Shown: positions 28,685 to 37,236 of the stretch, in pieces
How positions within the stretch are numbered: the first letter of the stretch is position 1
How the letters are laid out: each line of letters opens with the position of its first letter
Assembly (NCBI GenBank): GCA_016845365.1
Contig: JAERST010000024.1
Coordinates: 160,461-224,460, forward strand
From: Methanobacteriota archaeon
GTDB taxonomy: Archaea; Thermoplasmatota; Poseidoniia; Poseidoniales; Thalassarchaeaceae
Direction of reading: 5' to 3'
DNA length: 64,000 nt
Translations under genes and position numbers: made by a program
Notes under the pieces: model-generated
The model's database searches: none
Seen by the model: only the letters and a program-made list of their open reading frames with translations
Told to the model about the DNA's origin: nothing

Positions 28685-30334
28685 TCACAATCCTAAGACG
28701 GAACCGACGAATGGTAAAATCGGCGATAGAATGGCAATTATCGCTCCGACGATGAAGGCTGCGCCGGTTGTCATTCTTAATCGCGTGAATAGGTCGGCGC
28801 GAATCTGTACGGTTAGGACTCGTCCAGAAATCAGGTTTCCATCCGGGTCTTCGAGGCGAATTGTCACAGTCGATTCGCCTGTGCCAGCGGGCAATAGGCT
28901 CTGCCAAATGATTCGGGTCGATGCGAGCAGATTAGGGAGTGTTTGAGTCAATGAAGGCTGCTCGAGACCATCGAATGCAATTGCTTGGTGTGGTTCAACA
29001 CGCAATTTATACTCGCATTCGTTTGGTCGAAAATCTGGGGTTTGAACGCGCAGAATCAAGTCCTGAGCTTCTTCGGTCTGGTTCAGAATGAAAGCGAATA
29101 GGTTCGCCGGTCCGACGACGAGATTTTCCATATCAACATCGAACCAGACCGTACCACTGCGCCCCGTTTGATGGCGCATGTTGAGTCTATCGTGTAGGCG
29201 GAAAAACGGGGTGCAATCAGTCATCGCCCGCGAAAGCAATCTATCCCAGGTCTCCTCTCCTAATTCGGGATGGTCGAATAATCGGTCGATGGCGTCAGAG
29301 TCAATCATCGACGAAAGAGCGGTGCGGAATTGCTGCTCGTCGATTAGCGAGTTGCGTCGCAGATGCAGCAAGTGCAGGAGTGTCTCCTGCATCTGCGTCC
29401 GAGAATGACCTTCTTTCACCTCTGCTTCGACCGTTCGCAAATACTCAGAAATCCGCACCGCCAGCAGAGGGTCAATGTGCGCCTTAATCACATCAGAAAA
29501 CGGTCGGCGCAACAATGCCGGATGAATCGGTGGGGAGAAGGCATTCAGCATCCCCCACGGTTCATTGGCATTGAACCGGGCCTGGTTAGAGACCAGAAAT
29601 GTCCCATGCCCGGCAAGTAAAGTCCCCGTCGACAGCGCAACCAACCTAGGAGACAGGTCTCCATCCGGCGCCAAGCGCAAGGCGACGGAAAGGAAGATGA
29701 CGGCGAGAACGAGAAACGTCAGCGTCGCCGTCAATTGTCGGCGGGACCCATTAATCGTCGCTCGCATCTCAGCATATCCATGCGAGCTCTTGAACGTCAG
29801 TCCCGCCGTCGTCAACGATTCAGCCTCATGCCTGAAAATAGTGCGTGTAACGGTCAGCAGACGGAACAGGAGGAGAAGCAAGGCGATGTCCGCAACGAGT
29901 ATGAAAAGAGACAGAAAATGAATCCCCAAATGCATCTCAACAGGCGCGACGTCCTGCATATGCAGCAACCACCATTCCGGCGTCGAGTTGCGATAAGACT
30001 GAGCCAATCCGAAGTTCACAATCACGATCAAAGGCAAAAATAGCACGAAGCGAGCCCCGCCGCTAATCAGCAATCGATCGATGCGCAGCAGCGTCCTTTC
30101 CTGCATCCGAAGGCCGTCTATTGGATCACTCGGTTTTGCTCTGGAGGCGGGTTTGGCTGCGTTCGATTCACCCGAGCGAATTATTTTCTCAATGGAAGAA
30201 TCGAGGGTCGAGTCGAGAGGAGCATCATTCAGCACCTCCTCTGCTAGGGCGGAAAGTGCCTCATCGAGAGTCGATGGATCTTCATCGAAAGACGATTGAT
30301 GCGCGTCCTGCGAATTTGAATCTTCATTCAACAT
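28685..30334 (-). CDS. Hypothetical large membrane protein (acidic N-terminal cytoplasmic region, ~6 TM, large C-terminal domain, terminal TM)
   Basis: Hydropathy pattern only. Start placed at MLNEDSNS so that the overlap with the upstream dtxR-like gene is 11 nt. Confidence 0.45.
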   Translation of the reverse strand: MLNEDSNSQDAHQSSFDEDPSTLDEALSALAEEVLNDAPLDSTLDSSIEKIIRSGESNAAKPASRAKPSDPIDGLRMQERTLLRIDRLLISGGARFVLFLPLIVIVNFGLAQSYRNSTPEWWLLHMQDVAPVEMHLGIHFLSLFILVADIALLLLLFRLLTVTRTIFRHEAESLTTAGLTFKSSHGYAEMRATINGSRRQLTATLTFLVLAVIFLSVALRLAPDGDLSPRLVALSTGTLLAGHGTFLVSNQARFNANEPWGMLNAFSPPIHPALLRRPFSDVIKAHIDPLLAVRISEYLRTVEAEVKEGHSRTQMQETLLHLLHLRRNSLIDEQQFRTALSSMIDSDAIDRLFDHPELGEETWDRLLSRAMTDCTPFFRLHDRLNMRHQTGRSGTVWFDVDMENLVVGPANLFAFILNQTEEAQDLILRVQTPDFRPNECEYKLRVEPHQAIAFDGLEQPSLTQTLPNLLASTRIIWQSLLPAGTGESTVTIRLEDPDGNLISGRVLTVQIRADLFTRLRMTTGAAFIVGAIIAILSPILPFVGSVLGL

Positions 30335-30992
30335 CGAGTAAAACCTCCAATCGAACCAAAATTTGGTTTGCGAGAGTCTGGGATATTGAAAACGAATTGT
30401 CGCCAACGACTATCGCGCCATTTTCCACAGTAATTCGCTCACCGATGACTAATCCTTGTCTCTCCAAAGTTTGAGAATCTTGACCGTCGAGGGCGATGAA
30501 TTCGATTATGCCCGAACTGCCCTCGGGAAGATTGGAAATTGGCAACAAAGATGCTGTCACCGCTGGATCCACTCGCCGCGATACCTGTGGAACCCGTTCG
30601 CCAGAGTGAGTTCTCTCGGGATAACCAAGCAGCCTATCGATAGCAGCCTCTAGGTCGTCATCGATTGAATGTTCCATTTCGCAAGCGGCGGCGTAAACGT
30701 CTCCCTCGTATCCAATAATGTCTGAGAGGAGCATCTCCAAGAGCAATTGCCGCCGCTTGATTCGAGAGGCTCGGGCAAATCCGTCCGGAGTTAAGCGCGA
30801 GCCTTTGTATGGAATATAGGTGACAAGGTCGCGCCCAGCTAATCTCTGAATCATCTCGGTGGTCGATGCCGCGCTTACACCCATGGATTCGGCTAACATC
30901 GAGGTTTTGACGATGGCATCGGGTTGCTCAGCGTGAATCTCAAACATTCGCTTGAGATACATTTCTTCGAATTCGCTTAGTTCGCTCATCAC
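30324..30992 (-). CDS. DtxR/MntR-family metal-dependent transcriptional regulator with C-terminal FeoA/SH3-like domain
   Basis: N-terminal wHTH (TSMLAESMGVSAASTTEMIQRL), DtxR dimerisation/metal-binding region, and a C-terminal FeoA-like domain (GSSGIIEFIALDGQDSQTLERQGLVIGERITV). Confidence 0.85.
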   Translation of the reverse strand: MMSELSEFEEMYLKRMFEIHAEQPDAIVKTSMLAESMGVSAASTTEMIQRLAGRDLVTYIPYKGSRLTPDGFARASRIKRRQLLLEMLLSDIIGYEGDVYAAACEMEHSIDDDLEAAIDRLLGYPERTHSGERVPQVSRRVDPAVTASLLPISNLPEGSSGIIEFIALDGQDSQTLERQGLVIGERITVENGAIVVGDNSFSISQTLANQILVRLEVLLDVE

Positions 30993-31014
30993 CGAGCCAC
31001 CCCCGAGAGCTCGA

Positions 31015-32949
31015 TCATTCCTGACCGACCTCCGCGATGAATTCCGAGCGACAGGCAGGACATCGAGCCTTGACTGGCCTGCGCTCGAGTGGCACCTTGA
31101 GAGTCTGGTCGCACGCGGGACAAGAGAGTAAGTCGGTCATTGAGAGGGCGACAGAAGGCGCATCGCTAGCCGGCGGAGGAGCGGGTTCAGATTCGCTCGG
31201 AACCGAGGGGCCGCCGGACGATTCGGTCTGAGGAGGGGCTGGCTGTGCAGATTGGTCAACCCCGACACCGTCCTCGTTCACGGTGGCCTCGACGGTAAAC
31301 CGCGAGGTGCAAGCAGGACATTTGACCGCACCAGAATGAGTCGCGGGAATGCTGAGGTCCTGCGCGCACTGAGGACAGGCAATCTGCCTTTTTTCAGCCG
31401 CTGCTGCTTTCTTGCGCTCGCCTCGGGTCTCGCGCAAACGATTGAACCTCGACTCGCCAGTATCGGCGACGCGTTCTGATACGGTGCGGTAGAGTACGAG
31501 TATGAACAGAACGAGAACCAATCCCGATACCGCACCATAAATCGCCGCGCTGAGATCGAATGGTAATTCCGCGCCCGACTCGGCATCAGAGTACGAGACA
31601 ATTTCGAGCAATTTGTTCTCTGAGATGCCGCTCGTAACCCATTGAATTTCGACTTCGACAACCTTTGAATCGGGCCAAGAAGCAATCGTCAGTGAGCCCG
31701 AAATCGACCCGCCCGCGTTGACTTGTGAAGTGCTCTTCGAATCCAAAACCATGCCGTCGGAGGTTCGGACAACTCGGACTTCGCCGGACAAAGTTGGGGT
31801 ATTGCCCTCGTTGCTCAGGACATAGGGAATGACCACTTGCTCACCTGTTCGTGGCGGGTTTGCCACACCGGAAGATTCCACATCAAGGTCCAGGACTGGA
31901 GGGCTGAGGGTATGATGCAACTCCAGATCCTGCGAGGCAGTCCAATCGACTGCCTCGACGGTAATGATGAGAGAGTCGGCGGAGGGATGTCCGAGCGAGA
32001 GCGTGAGTTGACGACGACCGGGGTCGATGATTAGTTCGAATGATTGCAGGAGGGATTCAATTGTCTGGTCTAGAATTGAAACTTCAACATTGACTAAGCG
32101 AGAACGACCATCGCTGAGGTAGAGAGAAATGTCCGCATCAAGCCCATTTGTCAGGTCCCAATTCGTCGAGTCGATCACCAGAGTCATCGTTTGAGAGTCC
32201 AAGATTTCTACCGAAGCGCTACCGTTCAGTTCGCGCGCTACGCCTCCATTGGGCGAGTGAAGACGCCAATCGATGTCCATTGGACCGGCGGTGCTTGGAA
32301 TGAATGAGGCAGATACCTCTCTGCTCGAACCCGGGTTGATCGTGATTGGTTCACCGAGAACTGAAGGCGAGTTTTCGGGGGTCAATTCCAGCTGCACCGT
32401 CTGCTGAGATGTCCCTTGGTTGTGGACGAGAATTGATGCGGTCAGTGTGTCGCCGACGTGGGCGGGCTCTCCGATTAAGGCGATTTCAGGCGAGCCGGCG
32501 GCGGTGAGATTTAGCGGATTGGGTTCAACGGGCAGAACTCGGGTTGAACTCTGAGTGCTGGAATCGATTGAGAAGACGAGGTGGAGCTCTCCTTCGGGTA
32601 GTGGTCCAAAGGAGATATTGACTGTGATGACTTCCTCTGAACCATCGAGGAATCCGGTCAAATCAGGAGATGATTCCTCGCCAAAAATTGTCTTGAATGA
32701 CCATTCGTCATGACCTGCGCTGGTGTCGGAATTTGTGATTTCGATTGAGAGTTGAATCTGGTATCCGGCGAATGCTGAAGCATTCCCAGATGGTTGGCCA
32801 GTTGAGCCGTCGACGAACACTATCTCCCAATCGCTTGATGCTTCAATCGTGAAGCGGTCCTGGGCCTCGGCAGATGTGGCGAATCCGAGGGCGATGATAC
32901 TCACGAGGCAAATCATGAGGATGTTGTGAAGGCTTCGCCTAGCCACCAT
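31015..32949 (-). CDS. Exported multi-domain beta-rich protein with a single TM and a cytoplasmic tandem zinc-ribbon tail
   Basis: Signal peptide (ILMICLVSIIALGFATSAEA), ~430 aa of Ser/Thr/Asp-rich Ig/CARDB-like repeats, TM (AVSGLVLVLFILVLY), then CPQCAQDL...CPACTSRF and CPACDQTL...CPACRSEF. Confidence 0.5.
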   Translation of the reverse strand: MVARRSLHNILMICLVSIIALGFATSAEAQDRFTIEASSDWEIVFVDGSTGQPSGNASAFAGYQIQLSIEITNSDTSAGHDEWSFKTIFGEESSPDLTGFLDGSEEVITVNISFGPLPEGELHLVFSIDSSTQSSTRVLPVEPNPLNLTAAGSPEIALIGEPAHVGDTLTASILVHNQGTSQQTVQLELTPENSPSVLGEPITINPGSSREVSASFIPSTAGPMDIDWRLHSPNGGVARELNGSASVEILDSQTMTLVIDSTNWDLTNGLDADISLYLSDGRSRLVNVEVSILDQTIESLLQSFELIIDPGRRQLTLSLGHPSADSLIITVEAVDWTASQDLELHHTLSPPVLDLDVESSGVANPPRTGEQVVIPYVLSNEGNTPTLSGEVRVVRTSDGMVLDSKSTSQVNAGGSISGSLTIASWPDSKVVEVEIQWVTSGISENKLLEIVSYSDAESGAELPFDLSAAIYGAVSGLVLVLFILVLYRTVSERVADTGESRFNRLRETRGERKKAAAAEKRQIACPQCAQDLSIPATHSGAVKCPACTSRFTVEATVNEDGVGVDQSAQPAPPQTESSGGPSVPSESEPAPPPASDAPSVALSMTDLLSCPACDQTLKVPLERRPVKARCPACRSEFIAEVGQE

Positions 32950-33045
32950 CGGCTGCGCCTCGGTGCTGTGAAGCGTATCAAGGAAACCCTAGTTCAAGGT
33001 CACGTAGTGACCTTTATTGCAGATTCCAATTTGGGCCGGACACCC

Positions 33046-33969
33046 ATGGACGCTGAGGCTCTGATGCAGGTCACGCCGGAGCATCTGGCGAAGGCTTTGT
33101 TGGACCGTCGGCGCCTCTTGAAGGACCAATTGCCGACGGTCATTAGAACCCTCGAAGCCGAGGAGCAGAGCCTCGCTCCTAAGGTGGCAAAAGTCGTCGA
33201 AAACCACACTCGGGCGAACGAGATTGTAGCCTCGCTAAAGGGTGGGCGCGATGAAGCACAACGCGAGGCTCGAAAATTACTGCCGACGGTTCGAGGACAT
33301 CGCGATACACTCGTCGAGTCTGGAGGGATGGTGAATCTTGACCCTGATTGGAAGAAAGAGAAACTATTCGAGGAACTCGACGAGATTGAAGAGAGCATTC
33401 AGACTTCTGCCCTCGACCATAAGGCCGAGAAGAAAATGATCGATCGGCGCAAGAAATTAATCGAACAGAACGAGAAGTGGTTGAAACAGCGCCGTGACTC
33501 TAATCCTGAGATGGCTGATTACATCGACTCTCGCCGCGAAATGTCTCATCTGTTCAAGACTGCAGATAGGTCTCACCTTGAGATGTTGAAGGCTGTTGAG
33601 AAGGCTCAACCTCTGCACGAGAAGAAAGTCGCGCTACAAAGCGAACTACGCGAAGTGCGCCGACAATTAGACCGAGCGAAAGAATTGCTTTCCCAATCTG
33701 ACGATGCAATCAACCATTGGGAGCGCCGCCTCGTCGATGGATACGGCGCTTTGGGAATGGGCTTCCCAGATTTGATGGCAGCCAAGCAAAAAGTCGCTGA
33801 GGGCGGCGATTCATCCTTCGCTCGAAAAACTCCCGTGAAGGGAAAGAAATCTGACAAGGGCTCAAATCAATCCAACAAGCGCTCCAAGAAGTCGGCTAAG
33901 AAATCTGATTCTGGCGACTCTGGCGAGAAGACAACTCCATCACCACCAGAAGGAGGTGAGGAGGAATGA
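33046..33969 (+). CDS. COG1340-like coiled-coil protein with Lys/Ser-rich basic tail (paralog 2)
   Basis: Charged coiled coil (RANEIVASLKGGRDEAQREARKLL...KKMIDRRKKLIEQNEKWLKQRR). Tail KGKKSDKGSNQSNKRSKKSAKKSD. The ORF-track start overlaps the upstream gene, so the start is set at MDAEAL. Confidence 0.55.
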   Translation: MDAEALMQVTPEHLAKALLDRRRLLKDQLPTVIRTLEAEEQSLAPKVAKVVENHTRANEIVASLKGGRDEAQREARKLLPTVRGHRDTLVESGGMVNLDPDWKKEKLFEELDEIEESIQTSALDHKAEKKMIDRRKKLIEQNEKWLKQRRDSNPEMADYIDSRREMSHLFKTADRSHLEMLKAVEKAQPLHEKKVALQSELREVRRQLDRAKELLSQSDDAINHWERRLVDGYGALGMGFPDLMAAKQKVAEGGDSSFARKTPVKGKKSDKGSNQSNKRSKKSAKKSDSGDSGEKTTPSPPEGGEEE

Positions 33970-34931
33970 GCGAAGGGCTCTTCGAAGATTTGGAGGCACT
34001 TCCTCACAACGAAATCGAGGAGGCTTCGGCTGACCTTGAGCGGCAATTGCGCTCCTTTGAGGACGAATTCAAATCTCTACGCGAGGAGCGCAGAACCCAA
34101 GTCGATCTGGTCAAATCTCTGCGCTCAGCAGTCGGAGATATCGAAGAGGCGAGTTCTGAGCGCAAAGCCTTGCTAAACCAATTTCACAAAGTCAAGAAAG
34201 ATGCTGATAAAAATCGCGAAATTCGCGACCGAGTAAATCGCTCGATTCCACCGCCAGCCGCAGTACTCGAGGAATGGCTGGCGGACACCTACACCAAATT
34301 GACAACTATTGACAACGATTTGACAGCGGTTCCAACCCTCAACAGGGAACTCGACTCATTTCGGCGATTCTTCGAGTTGCAAGCCGCTGTCGTGCGCAAG
34401 CGAGAAGCAGAGGATGCGCACGCGGTTTACGTCAAAGAAGTCGATAAATTGCGAAAGATTACCAGTGAACTCGATGCCACTCGTAAATCACAAGAGACCA
34501 GCGCTGAGTCCGCAACCGAAGGAAGCGAACTCAGCACTGACAAGGTTACCCGAAGCGAGATTCGCAAAATCAGCAAAGCGATTAGCGCAATCGACAAGCG
34601 GCTCGATGCGATCAAATCCCAGCGAAAAGACGCACGAAGAGAAGCCGGTCGATTGCGCTCATACCTGAAAATAACCGGAGGACGCGGTTCAAGAATCCGC
34701 ATCGCAGATGTCAAGGATAGGGCGAGCAGCGGCGGTTCTCTGAACGCCAACGAATTGACCGCACTGCTCGACTCTGGAGGCCTCTCAAATCTGACCTCAG
34801 AGAGTAAGAAAGAGAGTGCCGAGCAAGCAGCATCACCCAAGCGAGGTCGCGGTGGTAAGAAGGGAAAGCGAAGACTTGGTGTGACCCGCGGTGGACCAAG
34901 GCGCGGCAACTCGGCCACACGGAGAGAATGA
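33966..34931 (+). CDS. COG1340-like coiled-coil protein with RGG/KKG-type basic tail (paralog 3)
   Basis: Charged coiled coil. Tail PKRGRGGKKGKRRLGVTRGGPRRGNSATRRE is similar to the tail of paralog 1. Start overlaps the stop of paralog 2 (ATGA). Confidence 0.55.
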   Translation: MSEGLFEDLEALPHNEIEEASADLERQLRSFEDEFKSLREERRTQVDLVKSLRSAVGDIEEASSERKALLNQFHKVKKDADKNREIRDRVNRSIPPPAAVLEEWLADTYTKLTTIDNDLTAVPTLNRELDSFRRFFELQAAVVRKREAEDAHAVYVKEVDKLRKITSELDATRKSQETSAESATEGSELSTDKVTRSEIRKISKAISAIDKRLDAIKSQRKDARREAGRLRSYLKITGGRGSRIRIADVKDRASSGGSLNANELTALLDSGGLSNLTSESKKESAEQAASPKRGRGGKKGKRRLGVTRGGPRRGNSATRRE

Positions 34932-34971
34932 GTGGAGAATATCTGCATCTTTGATTCTCCTATGCGCTTAT

Positions 34972-35892
34972 ATGGAAAACTCAGGACGAGAGGCCGCAGG
35001 AGGCGATTACATGGAAATGGAGGGTGCCGAAATTCGCGGACTTCTTCAGCCTCGTTGCGACGATATCCAGGAGCAGATTTCCTTCAATCGCGAGGAGCGC
35101 GATCAATGGAATGCCAAGGTTCGTACTCTCCTAGACGAGAGAAATGAACTCAATCGTCAAGTCAAGGAACTCATCACCGAGGTCCAAAATCAGAAGTCTC
35201 TGCGTGACGAAGCAAATCAAACGGTTCGCGATTTGAAGGACCACCGTGCGGAAAAGACCGAGGAACTCAAAGTCATCCGCACGAATTTCCGTGAGAAACT
35301 TGCTCAGCAGGGCGAGGAAGAAATCCAGCGTGAGAGAAATGACAGGAGTCGCTCTCCGGCACGAATTAAAACCGAGATGGACAAACTCGATCGCCTATAC
35401 CAACATGGTGGAGTTTCACCCAAGAAGGAACGAGAGCATATGATGAAAATGAAGCGGCTCTCACAGGAACTTCGAGAGGCAAAAGAGCGCAAATCAGATG
35501 GTGGCATTCGCGACCTCAAGATGCAATTGAGAGATGCTGAAAAGCAGCAGGAAGAAGCTCACAAGAATGTCAAGAAAGCGGTCTCCAGCGCCCAAGAAGC
35601 CCACGATTTGATGGCTGAACTCTCTGAAGAAGTCGATCGACTTCGCGAGAAAGCAAATTCAGCCCAATCTGGCGTAACCCGCGCAAAGCGCGAAGCCGAT
35701 TCGCTTCACGGACGCTACATCGTCTCGCTACGCTGCATTCACTCGATGCAAGACCTGTTGAAGGCATTGGATGCACGCGAGAAGGGTGGAGGCGATGATG
35801 ATGAGCAGGTTGAAGTCGCTGACTTGATGACTCGATTGATGTCTGGTGACACGCTTTCAACCGACGAAATCATGGCCCTTCAGCGGAATTGA
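34972..35892 (+). CDS. COG1340-like coiled-coil protein (paralog 4; acidic tail)
   Basis: ERDQWNAKVRTLLDERNELNRQVKELITEVQNQKSLRDEANQTVRDLKDHRAEKTEELK is the archetypal COG1340 repeat style. Start ambiguous (34891, 34972 or 35011). Confidence 0.5.
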   Translation: MENSGREAAGGDYMEMEGAEIRGLLQPRCDDIQEQISFNREERDQWNAKVRTLLDERNELNRQVKELITEVQNQKSLRDEANQTVRDLKDHRAEKTEELKVIRTNFREKLAQQGEEEIQRERNDRSRSPARIKTEMDKLDRLYQHGGVSPKKEREHMMKMKRLSQELREAKERKSDGGIRDLKMQLRDAEKQQEEAHKNVKKAVSSAQEAHDLMAELSEEVDRLREKANSAQSGVTRAKREADSLHGRYIVSLRCIHSMQDLLKALDAREKGGGDDDEQVEVADLMTRLMSGDTLSTDEIMALQRN

Positions 35893-36835
35893 TTTCGTAA
35901 GTTCGACCATTTCTCGAATGAAGAATTTCTCGACCTCTGTCGTGGTCGATTATCCAAGCTGGAATCGCTGTCGGCATTTTCTCAAGGACTGCATCATCCG
36001 AGTCAAAGATCCATCGCTCTAGCATCGTACTTCTGACAGTGCTACCTTCCTTGGCTTCCTGTTGTTTTTGTCGTCGAGTTTCGAGAATTCCGACGAGCAT
36101 GGTTCGCAAGTCGTTTTCGGGCAGCCAAGAAGAGGATTCGACCCAAATTAATCTCAGTGAAGGAGTGGTTGCGAGCATATTTGATTCCTCATACATCTCC
36201 AATCTGCCTGCCCAAGGATCCTCCAAAACATTCCACGTTCCGTTCTCCCTAACTCCTTCTGGGCTAACCAAAGACCCCTCGATACGCCATATATTCGCCT
36301 CGAGTAATACCGGCGAGGCTTCGACGAATTCGAGGCCTCGCTGAATCAACCACTCGTCCAAATCGACGAGTGGTTGCAAGACCACTCTCGATACTGGTTG
36401 AGAGTGGTCTTGACCCGCAATTGAATCATCAATTTGATCGGATTCAGGTTGGGTTTGGCGAGGAATTCCCGCTTGCAAGTCTCCTCGAAGAACCGCTTCT
36501 CCAATCCAGCGGCTAAGCGTGTCAGGATTCCACAATTCAAGCCTCAGACGCGAGGCGAGCAATTCGCTGGCCGCTGGTTCGAACTCCCGCTCACTCAGAA
36601 TCCAGTGAGCGCCCGTGGGAGCATCTACCAACCATCGCTCAGCCTCGGCCACACTAATCGGCAATAATCCAGAACTAATGTGCCAAACATGGACTGAGCC
36701 TCCACTTTCATCTTCAAATTCTGGGATGCGTTCGGCCACGCCCAGGCATCGGAAACCGATCGACTGAACGATGCCGCTGGCTTCGATAAGTCGAACACCA
36801 CGGAGATTCAACAGATCCCCGACGAGGTCATCCAT
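35870..36835 (-). CDS. Hypothetical acidic protein occupying the position downstream of rpl30e where nusA normally lies
   Basis: 321-aa ORF in the same orientation as the RNAP operon. No KH domains or other recognisable motifs. Confidence 0.45.
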   Translation of the reverse strand: MDDLVGDLLNLRGVRLIEASGIVQSIGFRCLGVAERIPEFEDESGGSVHVWHISSGLLPISVAEAERWLVDAPTGAHWILSEREFEPAASELLASRLRLELWNPDTLSRWIGEAVLRGDLQAGIPRQTQPESDQIDDSIAGQDHSQPVSRVVLQPLVDLDEWLIQRGLEFVEASPVLLEANIWRIEGSLVSPEGVRENGTWNVLEDPWAGRLEMYEESNMLATTPSLRLIWVESSSWLPENDLRTMLVGILETRRQKQQEAKEGSTVRSTMLERWIFDSDDAVLEKMPTAIPAWIIDHDRGREILHSRNGRTYEINSAEGP

Positions 36836-36926
36836 GACTCGTGGTGGTCGCTCGCCCCTTCAAGGGCACCCCTGTTGAGTGGATATTCGCCCTCGAAGGG
36901 CGAGGTAATCCGAATTTTCGAACAAC

Positions 36927-37223
36927 TCAGAGGTTCGAGTTCAGAGTCAACAAGTCTGACTGACCAGGGTCGACGACGCACAGAGCGCTAACCGGGAATG
37001 GCTTTGCACAGGCAGCGCCGAGTTGGCGGTTGACCATTGTTACTCGGTGGACTGGAACATCGGGGTGGCTTGCGGTGAGGTTAGTGACGTAGTCAGTTGG
37101 GCAATTTGCTGCGACGAGAACGAGTCGAGCATCTCCCTTATTGCACGCACTTATTGTCTGACGCTGTCCAAAAAGGACGGTGCCGGTTGTGATTCCTTGC
37201 TTCAATTGTCTTGCCAAATCCAT
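36927..37223 (-). CDS. rpl30e: Ribosomal protein L30e
   Basis: MDLARQLKQGITTGTVLFGQRQTISACNKGDARLVLVAANCP...VPVHRVTMVNRQLGAACAKPF is the L30e/L7Ae fold. Canonical position after rpoA''. Confidence 0.85.
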   Translation of the reverse strand: MDLARQLKQGITTGTVLFGQRQTISACNKGDARLVLVAANCPTDYVTNLTASHPDVPVHRVTMVNRQLGAACAKPFPVSALCVVDPGQSDLLTLNSNL

Positions 37224-37236
37224 TTGAATTCCTCCT

